Shown piece after piece: positions 1 to 11,389 of a DNA stretch of 64,000 nucleotides; positions within the stretch are counted from its first letter, which is position 1, and the number at the start of each line of letters is the position of its first letter. Source of the stretch: Paragordius varius (Eukaryota; Animalia; Nematomorpha). The position numbers and the translations under genes are program-made. A model generated the notes under the pieces. That model worked only from the letters and a program-made list of their open reading frames with translations. It ran no database searches and was not told where the DNA came from. The stretch is from positions 12,400,001-12,464,000 of the forward strand of contig OZ176054.1 in assembly GCA_964247055.1 (NCBI GenBank), written 5' to 3'.

Positions 1-2
1 AA

Positions 3-725
3 ATTATTGAAAGCACATTACCTAAAGGTTACAAATATGTGTCAACCAAAGTATATACTAGTTGGAATCCTATATATGATAAAATTTATAGTATTTTCAT
101 GTACCTCATTCCAGTTATTGTAGTTATTATTGCCAATACATATATAATGATAAAATTTTTACGCAAAACACGACGTTCCCAACGACAGACAACCCCTATT
201 AATGATTTCCGTGTAAATACCATAGACAATGTTGAAACGGAAAAAAAGCATAAAAAACGATTACCTCACCAGGCATCTAATACCCTAAGTATTCCTGCAG
301 CCATAGAATCTAACAGTGTGAGAAAATCGTTTGATAGCTTAAGTGAAAATTATAGAATAAATAACGAAGGGAAGCGCTGAAATTTACAAACTCAAAGAAT
401 AGCAACCAAAGCCCAAAATATTGCACGTCTTATGATTGGACTTAACATTGAGTATCTCTTATTTAATTTACCATACGTTTTATTCATCTTTATCTTTGAT
501 CAAGCATGGGTAGAAAACGGTAATGCCCTTATAACTAATTTACAAACCCTAATAAATACCCTAAAGTATGGAAGTCATGCTCTTAGAATCCATATTACTT
601 TCACCATCGACAAAAACATACAAGATGTGGCTAAAAGTTTGGTAAAACTCCTGCATTACACCTGTAAATACCTGTACTATTTATACTTAAATAAAATAGG
701 CATTAATCATCATAAAGCAGTTTAA
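3..725 (+). CDS. 3' part of a divergent class A (FMRFamide/peptide-receptor-like) GPCR, TM5-TM7, interrupted by one in-frame TGA at 378-380; 5' end lies outside the window
   Basis: The frame is open from position 3, and ORFs 39-380 and 432-725 are in the same frame. Hydrophobic segments YSIFMYLIPVIVVIIANTYIMIKFLRK (TM5-like), ARLMIGLNIEYLLFNLPYVLFIFI (TM6-like, FNLP) and LQTLINTLKYGSHALRIHITF (TM7-like) flank a long polar loop. It could be a pseudogene or contain a small intron. Confidence 0.7.
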
Positions 726-1736
726 TTAAATATGTCCCAAAAACCAAATTAATCATCCATAAATCCCACATATTAGAATCACGCTATTACAATTGAATTA
801 CAATTTTTATGCTAAAATTACCTACCGTATAATAAAATTATTAAATTAGCTCAATAAAAAAACCATAAAAAATGTTTGCACACTTTATCGCTTTTTAATT
901 GAATAATAGAGGTTATATAAAAATTAAATTTTTCAAGTTTTTCCATAGTGTTATGACATGTCAGTTAAGTTTAAATAAAATTTAATGGAGTTTATTTTTA
1001 AAAAAACTAAAATCTGCAAACAAAACCATAAAACCTGCTTCTTATTTTGTAGAATCCTTTTTGTTTTAAGTTCCTTTATGTTAAAGGTAAACCATAAAGT
1101 TACTAATTGTCGGAAATGAGTCAATAGAGTTTTTAATTGGAAGATGTATTATTATATACTTTTTAATATTATACATATATTTACCTTATATAAATATTTT
1201 TTATAATACTCATCATTAATGTATTATAATATTATCCAATCATGTCCAATTCTAAAAATTTTCAAAATATATTTATTATAGGTTATATATTGTGCAATTA
1301 TAAATAAATGGTAAAAAAAAATTGGTATTTTATTTCTTTCAAATCTATAATGTAGAATAATCCCTACGTAATACTTTTCATATATAAAGCAATACTCTTT
1401 ATATGAGATATACCCAATCCAATTTAGGTTTAAGAGGCTACATATATAACATCAAAGGTATAATATGTATTAACAAAGAAATTTATTTTCAATATATTCT
1501 TCGCTACTCGAATAGTTAAAAACATAAACTACGAAAATGTTAAGCATAGGGTAAACACGTATATTTTCGCTGATTTTTTTTATTGTTAGCAATTAATTTT
1601 GGTCATAAATAACCACACATTCTGGTTAAACAACCTAAATTGTTTGCCCATATTATGATAATTACAGAATTTAACGGTTATACTATTTTTGCACATAGTT
1701 CATGCCTTTTTAAAAAAATCTGCCATTAGTTTAAAG

Positions 1737-2033
1737 CAGAGGTGATCAACGCGTGGCCCTCTTAAACATTCAGGCAACCAAAAATTTGGGAATCCATAAA
1801 TGTTGACAAAATCATATTAAAATTGATATTTCTGAAATAAAAATTGCGAAAATGTGTATCCATTTGGCAACGAACTAGAAAAATTTTTTATATTGTATTT
1901 GCTTCTAACAGTTTTATGTTTGAAATGTAAAAAAACAATATTTATTGATGCACATTAATATTTCAAATGCGATTACCGTAGTTTTTTGAGTTGAAGATGC
2001 GGCCATTGAAGCCATTTGTGTTGGACACGCCTG
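1737..2033. mobile_element. hAT (Charlie/Buster-type CAG termini) MITE, family E
   Basis: Ends CAGAGGTGATCAAC...GTTGGACACGCCTG. 8-bp flanks GTTTAAAG/GTATAAAC (6/8 identical, central TA). Related copies at 16722, 26215 and 39758. Confidence 0.8.
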
Positions 2034-2386
2034 GTATAAACCATATAAGCTTAAGCATTTATAAGAGTTTTATTTTTATACGCGTTAATATTAGTTGTGC
2101 CCTGTGACACGCTTCTATGACTTAATCAACGATATCATCATATTTTACGCACTAGACCGAAAAGAATACAGTTGGATTCGTAAAGTGCTAATTCAAAAAA
2201 AGCTCTTAGTAAAATTTTTGCTTTTTTAGGTAAAATAACTAATACGATTTAGGAAATTTATATAGTTTGATAATAATCTAACATAAAAAAGCTTCCAAGC
2301 GACGTTTTGTTATATGATGGTGTATTTAAGATTAGATACAGTACAAAGTGCTTAATTAAGATATATACCTATAATTATGATTAATA

Positions 2387-2707
2387 TACCATTTACAGTT
2401 CACACCCTGAATAATTCAAGTTCACCCTCGGACAATTCAATTTCACTCTTAAATAAATTATGTGTTTTTTTTAATATTAAAAATTACCTTTATTTTTTAA
2501 TATGTTTAAAATATAAAATTCTGTTTTAAATTAATATAATGCTGAAAAAATTAAATATGTCGTAAAAATATAATTCATATGAATGATGAGTTATATTAGC
2601 CCTAAAACACATAATTTATTTTTGCATTTGAATTGTTCAAGTGTGAATTTGAATTGTTCGAGTGTGAATTTGAATTGTTCAAGGGTGTATATGAATTGTA
2701 AATGGTA
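2387..2707. mobile_element. TA-flanked MITE, family A (TA-CCATTTAC...GTAAATGG-TA, subterminal TTCACCCTTGAACAATTCAAA repeats)
   Basis: Long imperfect terminal inverted repeats. About 12 copies in the window: 2387, ~5756, ~18825, ~20555, 22612, ~28580, ~34902, 35980, 36952, 38089, 48032, 49817. Confidence 0.85.
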
Positions 2708-2754
2708 AATTACAAGGCGTAATAACTTATTTAAGAAGTTGCTTGAAAGCCACG

Positions 2755-3130
2755 TTATTTTCAACATGAGAACGCTTTTAATGCTGGGTTGGACTCTACC
2801 CAGAAATTAATATAAGAAAATAAATTTGGTACTTAGACTCATTATGTGATCTCAAAATTTGGTTTAAAAATGTGAGTTGATCTGGCTAACAATAGTTTCC
2901 GAGGTTGAAGCCGTAGGTGTTGGCATTTTTTAAAAAAGCGATTAACTATAGTTTGTCACCATATGAATCTTAATTCAATCTTTATGCTCGCAAATTGTGG
3001 CGCCTTTTACGGAAAGTGAACCCCCAATCGGCGGCTAATTTAAGCTTGGCTATAATTTGTGCCTTTATACTGGTAATAAAACCATCCACTCACTATTGAT
3101 TATATAAAGCTTCATAAATTGGACAAAATT
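2755..3130 (+). pseudogene. Possible highly decayed LINE endonuclease (APE-domain) fragment
   Basis: Broken translation gives FNMRTL (cf. LNIRSL), a remnant resembling ISEIW, and GVGIF*KSD (cf. GGVGIFIK). Many stops; pattern recognition only. Confidence 0.3.
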
Positions 3131-3611
3131 TGCTTCAAAAAATATTTTTGGGAACTTAGTTTTTCCTGTTAAATACTATTTAACGTACACTTTTTAAATT
3201 ATTAATAATATTGGCTTATTAAATCGCTGAAAATTAAAAATTTAAGCGTATTTGGTACCTTTATTATATTATAACTCAAAAAGTATTGATAAAATAGGAG
3301 GTATAAATAAAGGATTTACATGGGTGATTGGAGTCTGCTCAACGCTTTTTCCTATACCTTATATAAATTTACTTATCACCTGATGTAACAAAAAAACAAT
3401 TTAAGTCAAATGACTTTTTCGCAGTCTAAGAATTGATTAATATGTACAGGCCCGGGCTTAGAATTACAGTAAAAATTGAAATTATATACAGACAAAAGCT
3501 AAAAATTAAAAGACAAATATGTTTTTCAAAAAAAGAAAACCATATTTAACTTATCGTCGGATATAACTTATCGCGTGTTTTAAGTTATATATATATATAT
3601 AAATTGTAGCA

Positions 3612-5655
3612 TAATGTGACCAGATAGGCTGTTTTTCGCAGTACAGTACTGGGTATTCAGAAAAAAACTGAGCCAGTACTGCGCCCTCTTTTGTACTGCT
3701 TTTTGAAATTAAAAAAAATAATTTTTTATAAATATATATTAATTTTTGATTATTCAAGAATTATTTTAGTATTTAATATAGTACCCTCAATAAAAATAAC
3801 CCCATAATTTGTAAAGAAATGGTTCATTTTTCGGTAAAAAAACTAAGATTGGCCTATAATTGGTTAATATTTTTCTGCTCGAATTAAACATAAAACTTAA
3901 GATTGCAGCCTTTTGCGCAGTGGCGAAACTATAAATCTGGGACTCCACACCTTAAGATTCAGGCTAATGGCTCTTTCACTCAGGGCTTCTGTAAGAAAAG
4001 GTGCCTCCAATTTCAAAAGTTACATAATATTATTTTAATAAATGTTTGATCAAGTTTAGAAAGTTCAATTTTTGTTATAATTATCAAACGGAAAATTATA
4101 TAAAAATTTTTTATTCCCATAACATAATATATAAAATTTATTATATATGGCATATGATTCCGAAATAACCTTTTTTTCACGTTTTCTATACTCATTAGGT
4201 GGGAGATATGATATTACTTAATTTTTTTCCTAAACTTAAATTTTAATAGTTTTATTATTTTTTTCATAAACAAATTTGAGATATTTTGTTAAACCTTACT
4301 TAAATTTATTTTGAAGCTTGATGAAGGTATAACGCTTTAAGATATAATAAAACCCTTTTTCTAAATAATTCGATGATGTTTAACATTACTATAGGTTCAA
4401 AAATTTAGAGGTTTTGTTTGCTTATAAAATGTTGGCGAATTTTTGTAAAAAAAACAATTTTTATTTAACATAAATTTGAAAACGAACCATTTTAATCAAA
4501 ATTTTGATTGAGAGTTAGCATTACCTAATTATATATATATATATATATATAATGTTGTAATATCTCAACCGTTTATAATGTTTCCATCAAGCTGAAAATA
4601 ATATGAAGTACGCTTCAACAAAATTTTGCTAAAAACTAAATTTTTGGAAGTGTGCATTTTTTAAAAAATATATTTAGTTGATATCAAAATTTAGTATATA
4701 TTTAAAATTTTTGAACAATATCGGAATATTTGGGTTTATTTTAAGAGAACAGTCTATTAAAAACAAAAAATTTGGGACTATCAGAACTCACATCTAAAAA
4801 TTTAAAATTTTAATTTTTTTTTTAATTTTTGTTTGTAGTTTATGTTATATTGCGCGCCTTTTGCAATTTTATACTGAGCACCTACCACAAAAGTGTAAAT
4901 AACTTTCTTTAACACTTGGATACAACACATTCATTTTAGTCCTTCGATTCAAATTGGGGTAGTTAAATACCCCAGGCCTGTTAAAAATTAAATTCTTTAA
5001 AAATATGGAAGGAATCCATGGCAAAATCTTGCACTTATATAACATTAATAAACCGAAATATATAAAAAATTTTATTCAAAAATTGATATATCTTATTTTA
5101 AGCTAAAACCGAAAGGTAAAAATTTACTCAACGTGACATGTGTGTAATTGAAAAATAATGAAAAATAAATCGCGTTTTCTATTTCTATCAACTCTAGATG
5201 TAATATAAATAAAAAATTAGCTTTAATTTTTCCCTTCAAATTAAATGAAGACGATATTTTGCAATAATTTTCAAAAATAAAAATGGCGGCGTAGTAGTTT
5301 GACATGGAACTTTTTTTTCATTACAAAATTTTATTTAGATATTTTGGCATATTTATATAATTCTTATCAGGATAGAAGCATAATTGGGACCGTGTCCTTC
5401 AGTAGTTTTATAAAAATCCTGGCTCAAATTTTGTCTGAGCTATTTAGATACCCCAATTTGAATCGAAGTGTTAATAACTCGTAAAGGTTAAAACCAAAAG
5501 CACCATGCTAATCCTGATATTTTCCTATCAGAATATATATTTTTCAGCAGGATATTTTTTGTAACTGTGTAATATACCACACCGATGGTTTAAAAACAGA
5601 CAAAGTATGTTTTAATTTTGTACTGCGTCCGAGTTTAAAATATCTGGTCACATTA
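3612..5655. mobile_element. 2,044-bp non-autonomous hAT element with 15-bp TIRs and a perfect 8-bp TSD, containing nested MITEs
   Basis: TIR TAATGTGACCAGATA at 3612-3626 and its reverse complement TATCTGGTCACATTA at 5641-5655. TSD TTGTAGCA at 3604-3611 and 5656-5663. CGCAGTACA is shared subterminally at both ends. Confidence 0.9.
4913..5470 (+). mobile_element. piggyBac-type TTAA MITE, family D
   Basis: TTAA-CACTTGGATAC...AATCGAAGTG-TTAA. An asymmetric internal inverted repeat (TTCGATTCAAATTGGGGTA) is present at both ends. Other copies at 50785-51326, 52575-53743, 52929-53510 and a partial at ~7880-7974. Confidence 0.85.
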
Positions 5656-6739
5656 TTGTAGCACATTGTATTATTTATTTCAATTTATTAATATATAAGG
5701 TTTAAATAAGTATGACTGTATATTTTTAATAATTATTTGTATTTTAGTTTTTTAACCCTTGAACAATTCAAATTCACCCTAAAGATAAGTTAAGTGTTTT
5801 CTGGATAATATAACTCATTTTTAATATAAATTATATATTTACGGCTTAGTTTCAGTATTATTTATATCTTATACAAAATTTCATTTTTAAAATGTAAAAA
5901 AAATTTGGACAATTTTATTAAAATACACATAATTTATTGTAGGGTGAATATCAATTGTTCAAGGGTTAATTTGAAGTACAAATAAAATATTATTAACACT
6001 CCATTACCTTTCGGGGAGTTTTATATCCTATGAGCGATTCGAAATTTGATATCTTAAAAAGTATTTAAGAAAATTATGGTTTATTTAGCCTTGGCGCAAA
6101 TTTTTTTAAAAAAATGTAAAATTGTAAAATTATCCTCACCTCAAACTTTATTTGCCGTCATTTATATAATTTTTTTATCGCTATTGCAACAGTCAAATAA
6201 ATGCATATTATGGTCAGAAAATGTAAATAATTAACTTTAAAAAGATTTTAAGCTATATTTTACCGGAAAAACTTGATATACTATGAACTTAGTATCAGCT
6301 GTTCGTGTTAATCGTGTCTGGAGTATCCCAATTTTATACTCTAGAAGTCACAAAATATAATCTTTTTTATCTAATTCATGAGAACAATGTTTGATAATTA
6401 AATTTTAACTAAATAACTTTCAAAATTGTGGTTTATTTACAAAATTAAGCTCTGTATTAAACTACCCCCAAAAAACTAGGACAAGAAAGTGAAAAGGTAA
6501 TGAGTGAAAAATGATTTATGCTTTTGATGACATCAATTCATCGATAAACATATTTATTATTTTTTCTGTGCAAATGTAATCAATATAATTACAAAATTGA
6601 GCAAACATTTAAATGGTATCAAAAAAATAGATTAAATATTTTTGACTTTTTACAATAATGAAGTGTATATATTTAAAAACTTAAAATGGTAATTGCTTCA
6701 GTATAAAAAAAGGGAAACGCATGTAATAAATATGGATTT

Positions 6740-7429
6740 TTATGCACTAATTTTAATTTTCTTTCTATCCTGAGGACTAGTATCAATTTCTAAAAGGCCA
6801 TGATCCTTGGATTCTTCCGAAATCATATCAACATGTTTCCGCTTAACATGTTGGTCTAGACTAGCGTAATTATTTAATGTATGTAATTTTTTAGCAATGT
6901 TTCCATACAAACCAAGTAATTGGTAAATGACCGGTGAGTACTTTGATATAATTTTATTACGAATTTCAACACAAGCACCAATTTTCTTAAGCGATTTCAT
7001 CAAATCCTTCTGATATGCGTCCAAAGCTTCCTGTGATATAGTATTTGCAGGACATATCGAATTATTTATAGTTTTTAAATATATATTTGCATTGTCTAAT
7101 AAATTTTGAAAGATGTATTTGGAAAATATAATAAAATGGGAATGATTGCGCATTTTAGATATTTGTATCGCAAATTTACTACAATCTGTTTTGGAAAAAC
7201 TATTGTTATCACGGTCATCCTCGACAACGTCAAAACCTTTGAGTGTTTTCGTTTCAAATGCATGCAAGAAGGTAGTGCAATCCACACCGTTTTGCGTAAT
7301 CCCTTTAATTAGATTATCCAGTTGAATAGCGCATCTTTTAAATTCACTTAATTTCTCTTCGACTTCATTGGAGAATTCTTTCAAAAGAAGCCGACATTCT
7401 TTAAAATTTGTGCTGCAGTCGCATTCCAT
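6740..7429 (-). CDS. Intronless 229-aa helical protein, candidate divergent Nsl1/Mis14 (Mis12 complex) homolog
   Basis: ATG-to-stop ORF that is long for this AT content. Segments LIKGITQNG, FAIQISKMRNH and VEIRNKIISKYSPVIYQL recall NSL1 (VQENISING, IVDIATKRKQYP, IKAKQEILKQYHPVVHPL). Basic C-terminus RKKIK. The ORF itself is solid; the identity is tentative. Confidence 0.5.
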   Translation of the reverse strand: MECDCSTNFKECRLLLKEFSNEVEEKLSEFKRCAIQLDNLIKGITQNGVDCTTFLHAFETKTLKGFDVVEDDRDNNSFSKTDCSKFAIQISKMRNHSHFIIFSKYIFQNLLDNANIYLKTINNSICPANTISQEALDAYQKDLMKSLKKIGACVEIRNKIISKYSPVIYQLLGLYGNIAKKLHTLNNYASLDQHVKRKHVDMISEESKDHGLLEIDTSPQDRKKIKISA

Positions 7430-7879
7430 AAATTTGAATTTAAAAACCGAACAAAAAATTGAGCAGTTTTAGAGTCCTATTTAATGAATTATAATAATTA
7501 TATCTTATTTTATTTCTGAGCATAAATTAATACGCTAATCATTATTACCTATTAATACATATTTTTAAATAAATATAATTTTTCCAAAAGTTTTTTATCA
7601 CAAAGATTATTTTACTTCTAACCTACTAGTACACAAACTTAATTTTTATGGACCTGAATTATCAATTAAAATTATTGCAGTTTTTCCATTTGAAATTCGA
7701 GATATATATGCCATCCAATATTTGTCGGCTTTACATAGTAACCGGCATTAACAAAAACAATTTTATTTGGTTCCATCAGGTTTCTTCATAAAATAGATAT
7801 AATAACAAGTTTTTTGCATGAATGTTTTTTATATTTCGTTATCAATGTAATACCAGTGCAAACGTTTCAAACTTCAATT

Positions 7880-7974
7880 TGCTCCATATTTTTTTAACTA
7901 TTTGATTTTTATAGGCCTGGAGCCACTAGTTACCCCAATTAGAGGGGCTAAATTGAAAGTATTGTATCCAAGTG
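7880..7974 (-). mobile_element. Truncated family D piggyBac-type MITE end
   Basis: ...AGGCCTGG...ACCCCAATT...GTATCCAAGTG followed by TTAA at 7975-7978, matching the reverse complement of the 4913 left end. Confidence 0.7.
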
Positions 7975-8789
7975 TTAAAACCTGACCGTTAAATCATACA
8001 TATTATGGACAAAAAAAAAATTCAAACTTTTAAAAATAAAAATGTGATATGGTGGAAAGAAACTTTGATAAATATATATGATACGATCTAAAATCTAAGT
8101 TGGAAATTTAAAACAACATTAGATCAACCGCAACCGACACTAAATGTGGTTCCGTTATTTAACCATTAAGATAACATGGAATGAGAATTCAGAATAAATT
8201 TATGCTGGCATGTGTTCTGGCCTGAAATACAGTAAAAATGGAAATTATACGAGCAAAATGTAAATATTAAGACAAAACTACATTCAAAAGACAGCCATAC
8301 TATTTTAAACCTTATCTATTTTAAAATATACACTGTAGTGTAAAATAAAGAGGTATATTGGTAATATATACAATAAGATACTTTACGATTAATGTCCCGC
8401 TTTTTCACGATTATACAAAAAATAATTTTTGAGTTTACATTTAAATCTTTTTTAAAAAAAATTTTTATCCGTTTAAATTTTTTATCATTAATTATCTATA
8501 AAGCTATATCAATTTTGAAAATATTTATTTTTTTCGTATTTATATCATATAATTATACACTTTGCTTCCTACTTCTACCGCCAACATTATCAAAAAGACA
8601 AAACCACAAATCGGTAGCTTATATATGTTTAGTCCAGAATAAAATAATAAAATATTTTTTTATACTAATATTTTAATTATATTACCTCCCACCATTATTA
8701 AAAAGACAAATTGATATCACAAATCGGTAGCTTATACGTTTACTATTAAGGTAATATAAAATTTAGTTTACTAATATTAGTTTAAAAAT

Positions 8790-11173
8790 ATGAGTACATA
8801 AATTCAACGATGAATAAATGAAAGAATTTCATTGTATCAAAAAAACGAAGAATGAATCATTTGTTAAATGTTTTTTATGCGAGGAATTTACCCTAGCACA
8901 GGCAAGCATGATATTACAAAGCATATGAAAACACAGAAACATAGATAATTAGATATGGCGGCATCATCTTACAAAATGAGAAAAGAATTTGGCACCAGCC
9001 GATGATTTATCTTTTCACGCCGTTAATCATAATAATCCCTTTAGATATATGAATCGTACCTCACAGGTTACTCGTACCTTATTCAATAAGAAATTTTGAT
9101 GTCCTTTCGCCACATACATTTTTTGAAATACAAAAAGATTTGCTGAAAATCATTTTCATATCGCTATACTCTGATGCATCAAATCACAAGGATACACAAT
9201 TATTTCCCACTTTAATAAAATATTTTGATTCAGAGACTACCCGGTGAAAATTCCGACATAAATATTGAATATTCTAGAAAAAAATAATTTAGAAGCAAAA
9301 ATCATCGCATATTGCGCTGACAACACCAATACGAACTTCGGTGGATAAGCGAGGGGAAAAATATTTTTTATATATTAGGAAATAAATAAAAACATTATTG
9401 GCGTTGGGTGTGCAGCGCTCATTATACACAACGCTATTCAAATATCTGCTGATTTGTTACCCCTAGATGTGGAAAATGTAGTTTTAATATATTCCTATTT
9501 TTATATATACACGGTACGCGTTAAACGCTTAAGGTATTCTGTGAAAATGCAGAAGTTCTATATCAAAAAAAAGCTTGAATATTGTAAAACTCTGGTTAGC
9601 TCTGCTGCCAGCTATCGAAAGAATTTCAAAAATGTCTGATCCTTTAATATCCTATTATTTATCACAGAAGAACGTACAACTTTGGAAAAATTTTGGAAGT
9701 AATTCTTCAAATTAAATTAATATATTGATAGAGGGTGACAAATATCGGCAATCGAAGTAGCCAATAACATAGGAAACCTAAAATTGAAAGGTTAGAAAAT
9801 AATTTTATACATTAATCATCCGCAATATTATAAATAATTTAGTAAAACAAGGCTTAATAAATCGCCAAGATATTCTGTACCATATAATATTTTATACAAA
9901 CGGTAAAGATTATTTGGAAGATTGAAAGGTGCAATTGAATGATATTGATCATTTTCATTGAATGACATAAAAGCTAGAATTTAATTGGTGCGATGTTCAA
10001 AAATCATTTGATTACATCTGCATCGCCCAAAATTTCCCAAAAAGTAATCTTTTAGAAAAGGATCTTTTTTCTGAAGTATCTTTAGTTAAAAAATATATTA
10101 ATAATGAAAATTTTAAACTATGGACAACAGAAAAAAGACAGTAGAAAAGAAATGGTTAGAAATATTTCATCTTTTGAAACAAACTATGTTCCATACAATA
10201 ATATTTTAAAAATTTAGAATTCGCACTAGCTTTACATGGACCTAGGGTAGTGATTTTGAACCCCTTTTTCAAAAAAGGGGGTTAGACCTAGGTAAACCAT
10301 ATGTTATTGCCAATAATAGATAACTACATACATAAATACTTGATTAAATACATAAAAAAGATTTGTTTATAAAGTATATATTTTTTTAAAAGTATACTTT
10401 CACATACTGATAATTTAAATTTCTACAATTAACGATCTTTGGAATCATAGATAAAGACTATGGAAAGTTTTAAATCACAGAAAGATAAAACTAACAATAT
10501 GGAGTTTATTGAAACCTATTTATGCTCTAATTATTTTAAACTATGAATAAAATCCGAAAATGTTATTTTCAACAGTGTTAAGAGGATGTAGAAATAAATT
10601 TTGCTAAATATTTCTGGCTTATTTCTTATTGAAAACAGAAATTTGTAAGACTATACTTAAGAAATTAAAAACTATACTTGCTTTCGACCAACACCTTCTG
10701 TCATATAGTTTATATAAACATCTTTAAGATATTTCTTCATTCAGTTTTTATTTAAATATATACTGTAATTGCATTTCTTGCATGTAACTTGATTTTTTTG
10801 ATCGATAAATTTTCACAAGGCTGATTTCATTATGAGGAAGTAAAGAAAAAATGTATATCATATGATATTTAATTCAAAATAATACATATATAAATAATAT
10901 AATGTTTTTTCCTAAAAATTGTAAAATTAATACTAGGTCATTTTTTTTCGTAGTCGTGACCATGGTCATGACCTAGGTCATTGACTAATGGGAACAACTC
11001 TAATCAAATATAGCGATATGAAATTTATATGCTGCAAATCTTTTTCTAATTCAGAAAATGCATGTGGTGAAAGGACATTGCATACAATAGCTCATCCTTT
11101 GTTCGTGCACATGTAAATTTATTCAATAATCTCATCAGATTTGTGCCGCTTTTTCCTTAATCTGGTCACCCTA
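8790..11173 (+). pseudogene. Decayed hAT transposase element: BED zinc finger plus catalytic core, right TIR at 11163-11173
   Basis: Fragmented translation: VKCFLC...HDITKHMKTQKH (BED finger), HNNPFRYMNRTS, SDASNHKDTQLFPTLIKYFDSET, YCADNTNTNFGG, IIGVGCAALIIHNAIQISADLLPLDVE...YSYFYIYTVRV and LEFALALHG, with many frameshifts and stops. TGGTCACCCTA (reverse complement of TAGGGTGACCA) at 11163-11173. Confidence 0.85.
10243..10987. mobile_element. TAGGGT-ended hAT MITE (family F) inserted into the transposase remnant
   Basis: Starts TAGGGTAGTGATTTTGA...TTTTTCAAAAAAG, like the 24994 copy. The right end carries GGTCATGAC repeats and is eroded. Confidence 0.65.
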
Positions 11174-11389
11174 GGTAAATATCAAAAGGGCCTGGTTAAA
11201 ATCATACAGACAAAATTTATTAAAATTCAGTTCATATATCTGCTCGTATTTATATATTGTAAGGAATAATTTAAATTATTAACACAGATGCAGTGAATTA
11301 TATCGATTGGAAACATATTTATTATTTCGATTCCATCAAATCGTATAAGGGAATTGATACCAACAATTTATTTTATTTAAATAGTTGAT

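Noticed and set aside
378-380. TGA reassigned to Trp or Sec genome-wide
   Set aside because: Conserved Trp positions in TIMELESS and GON4L use TGG, TIMELESS ends at a TGA, and no other internal TGA is needed in about 3000 reconstructed codons.
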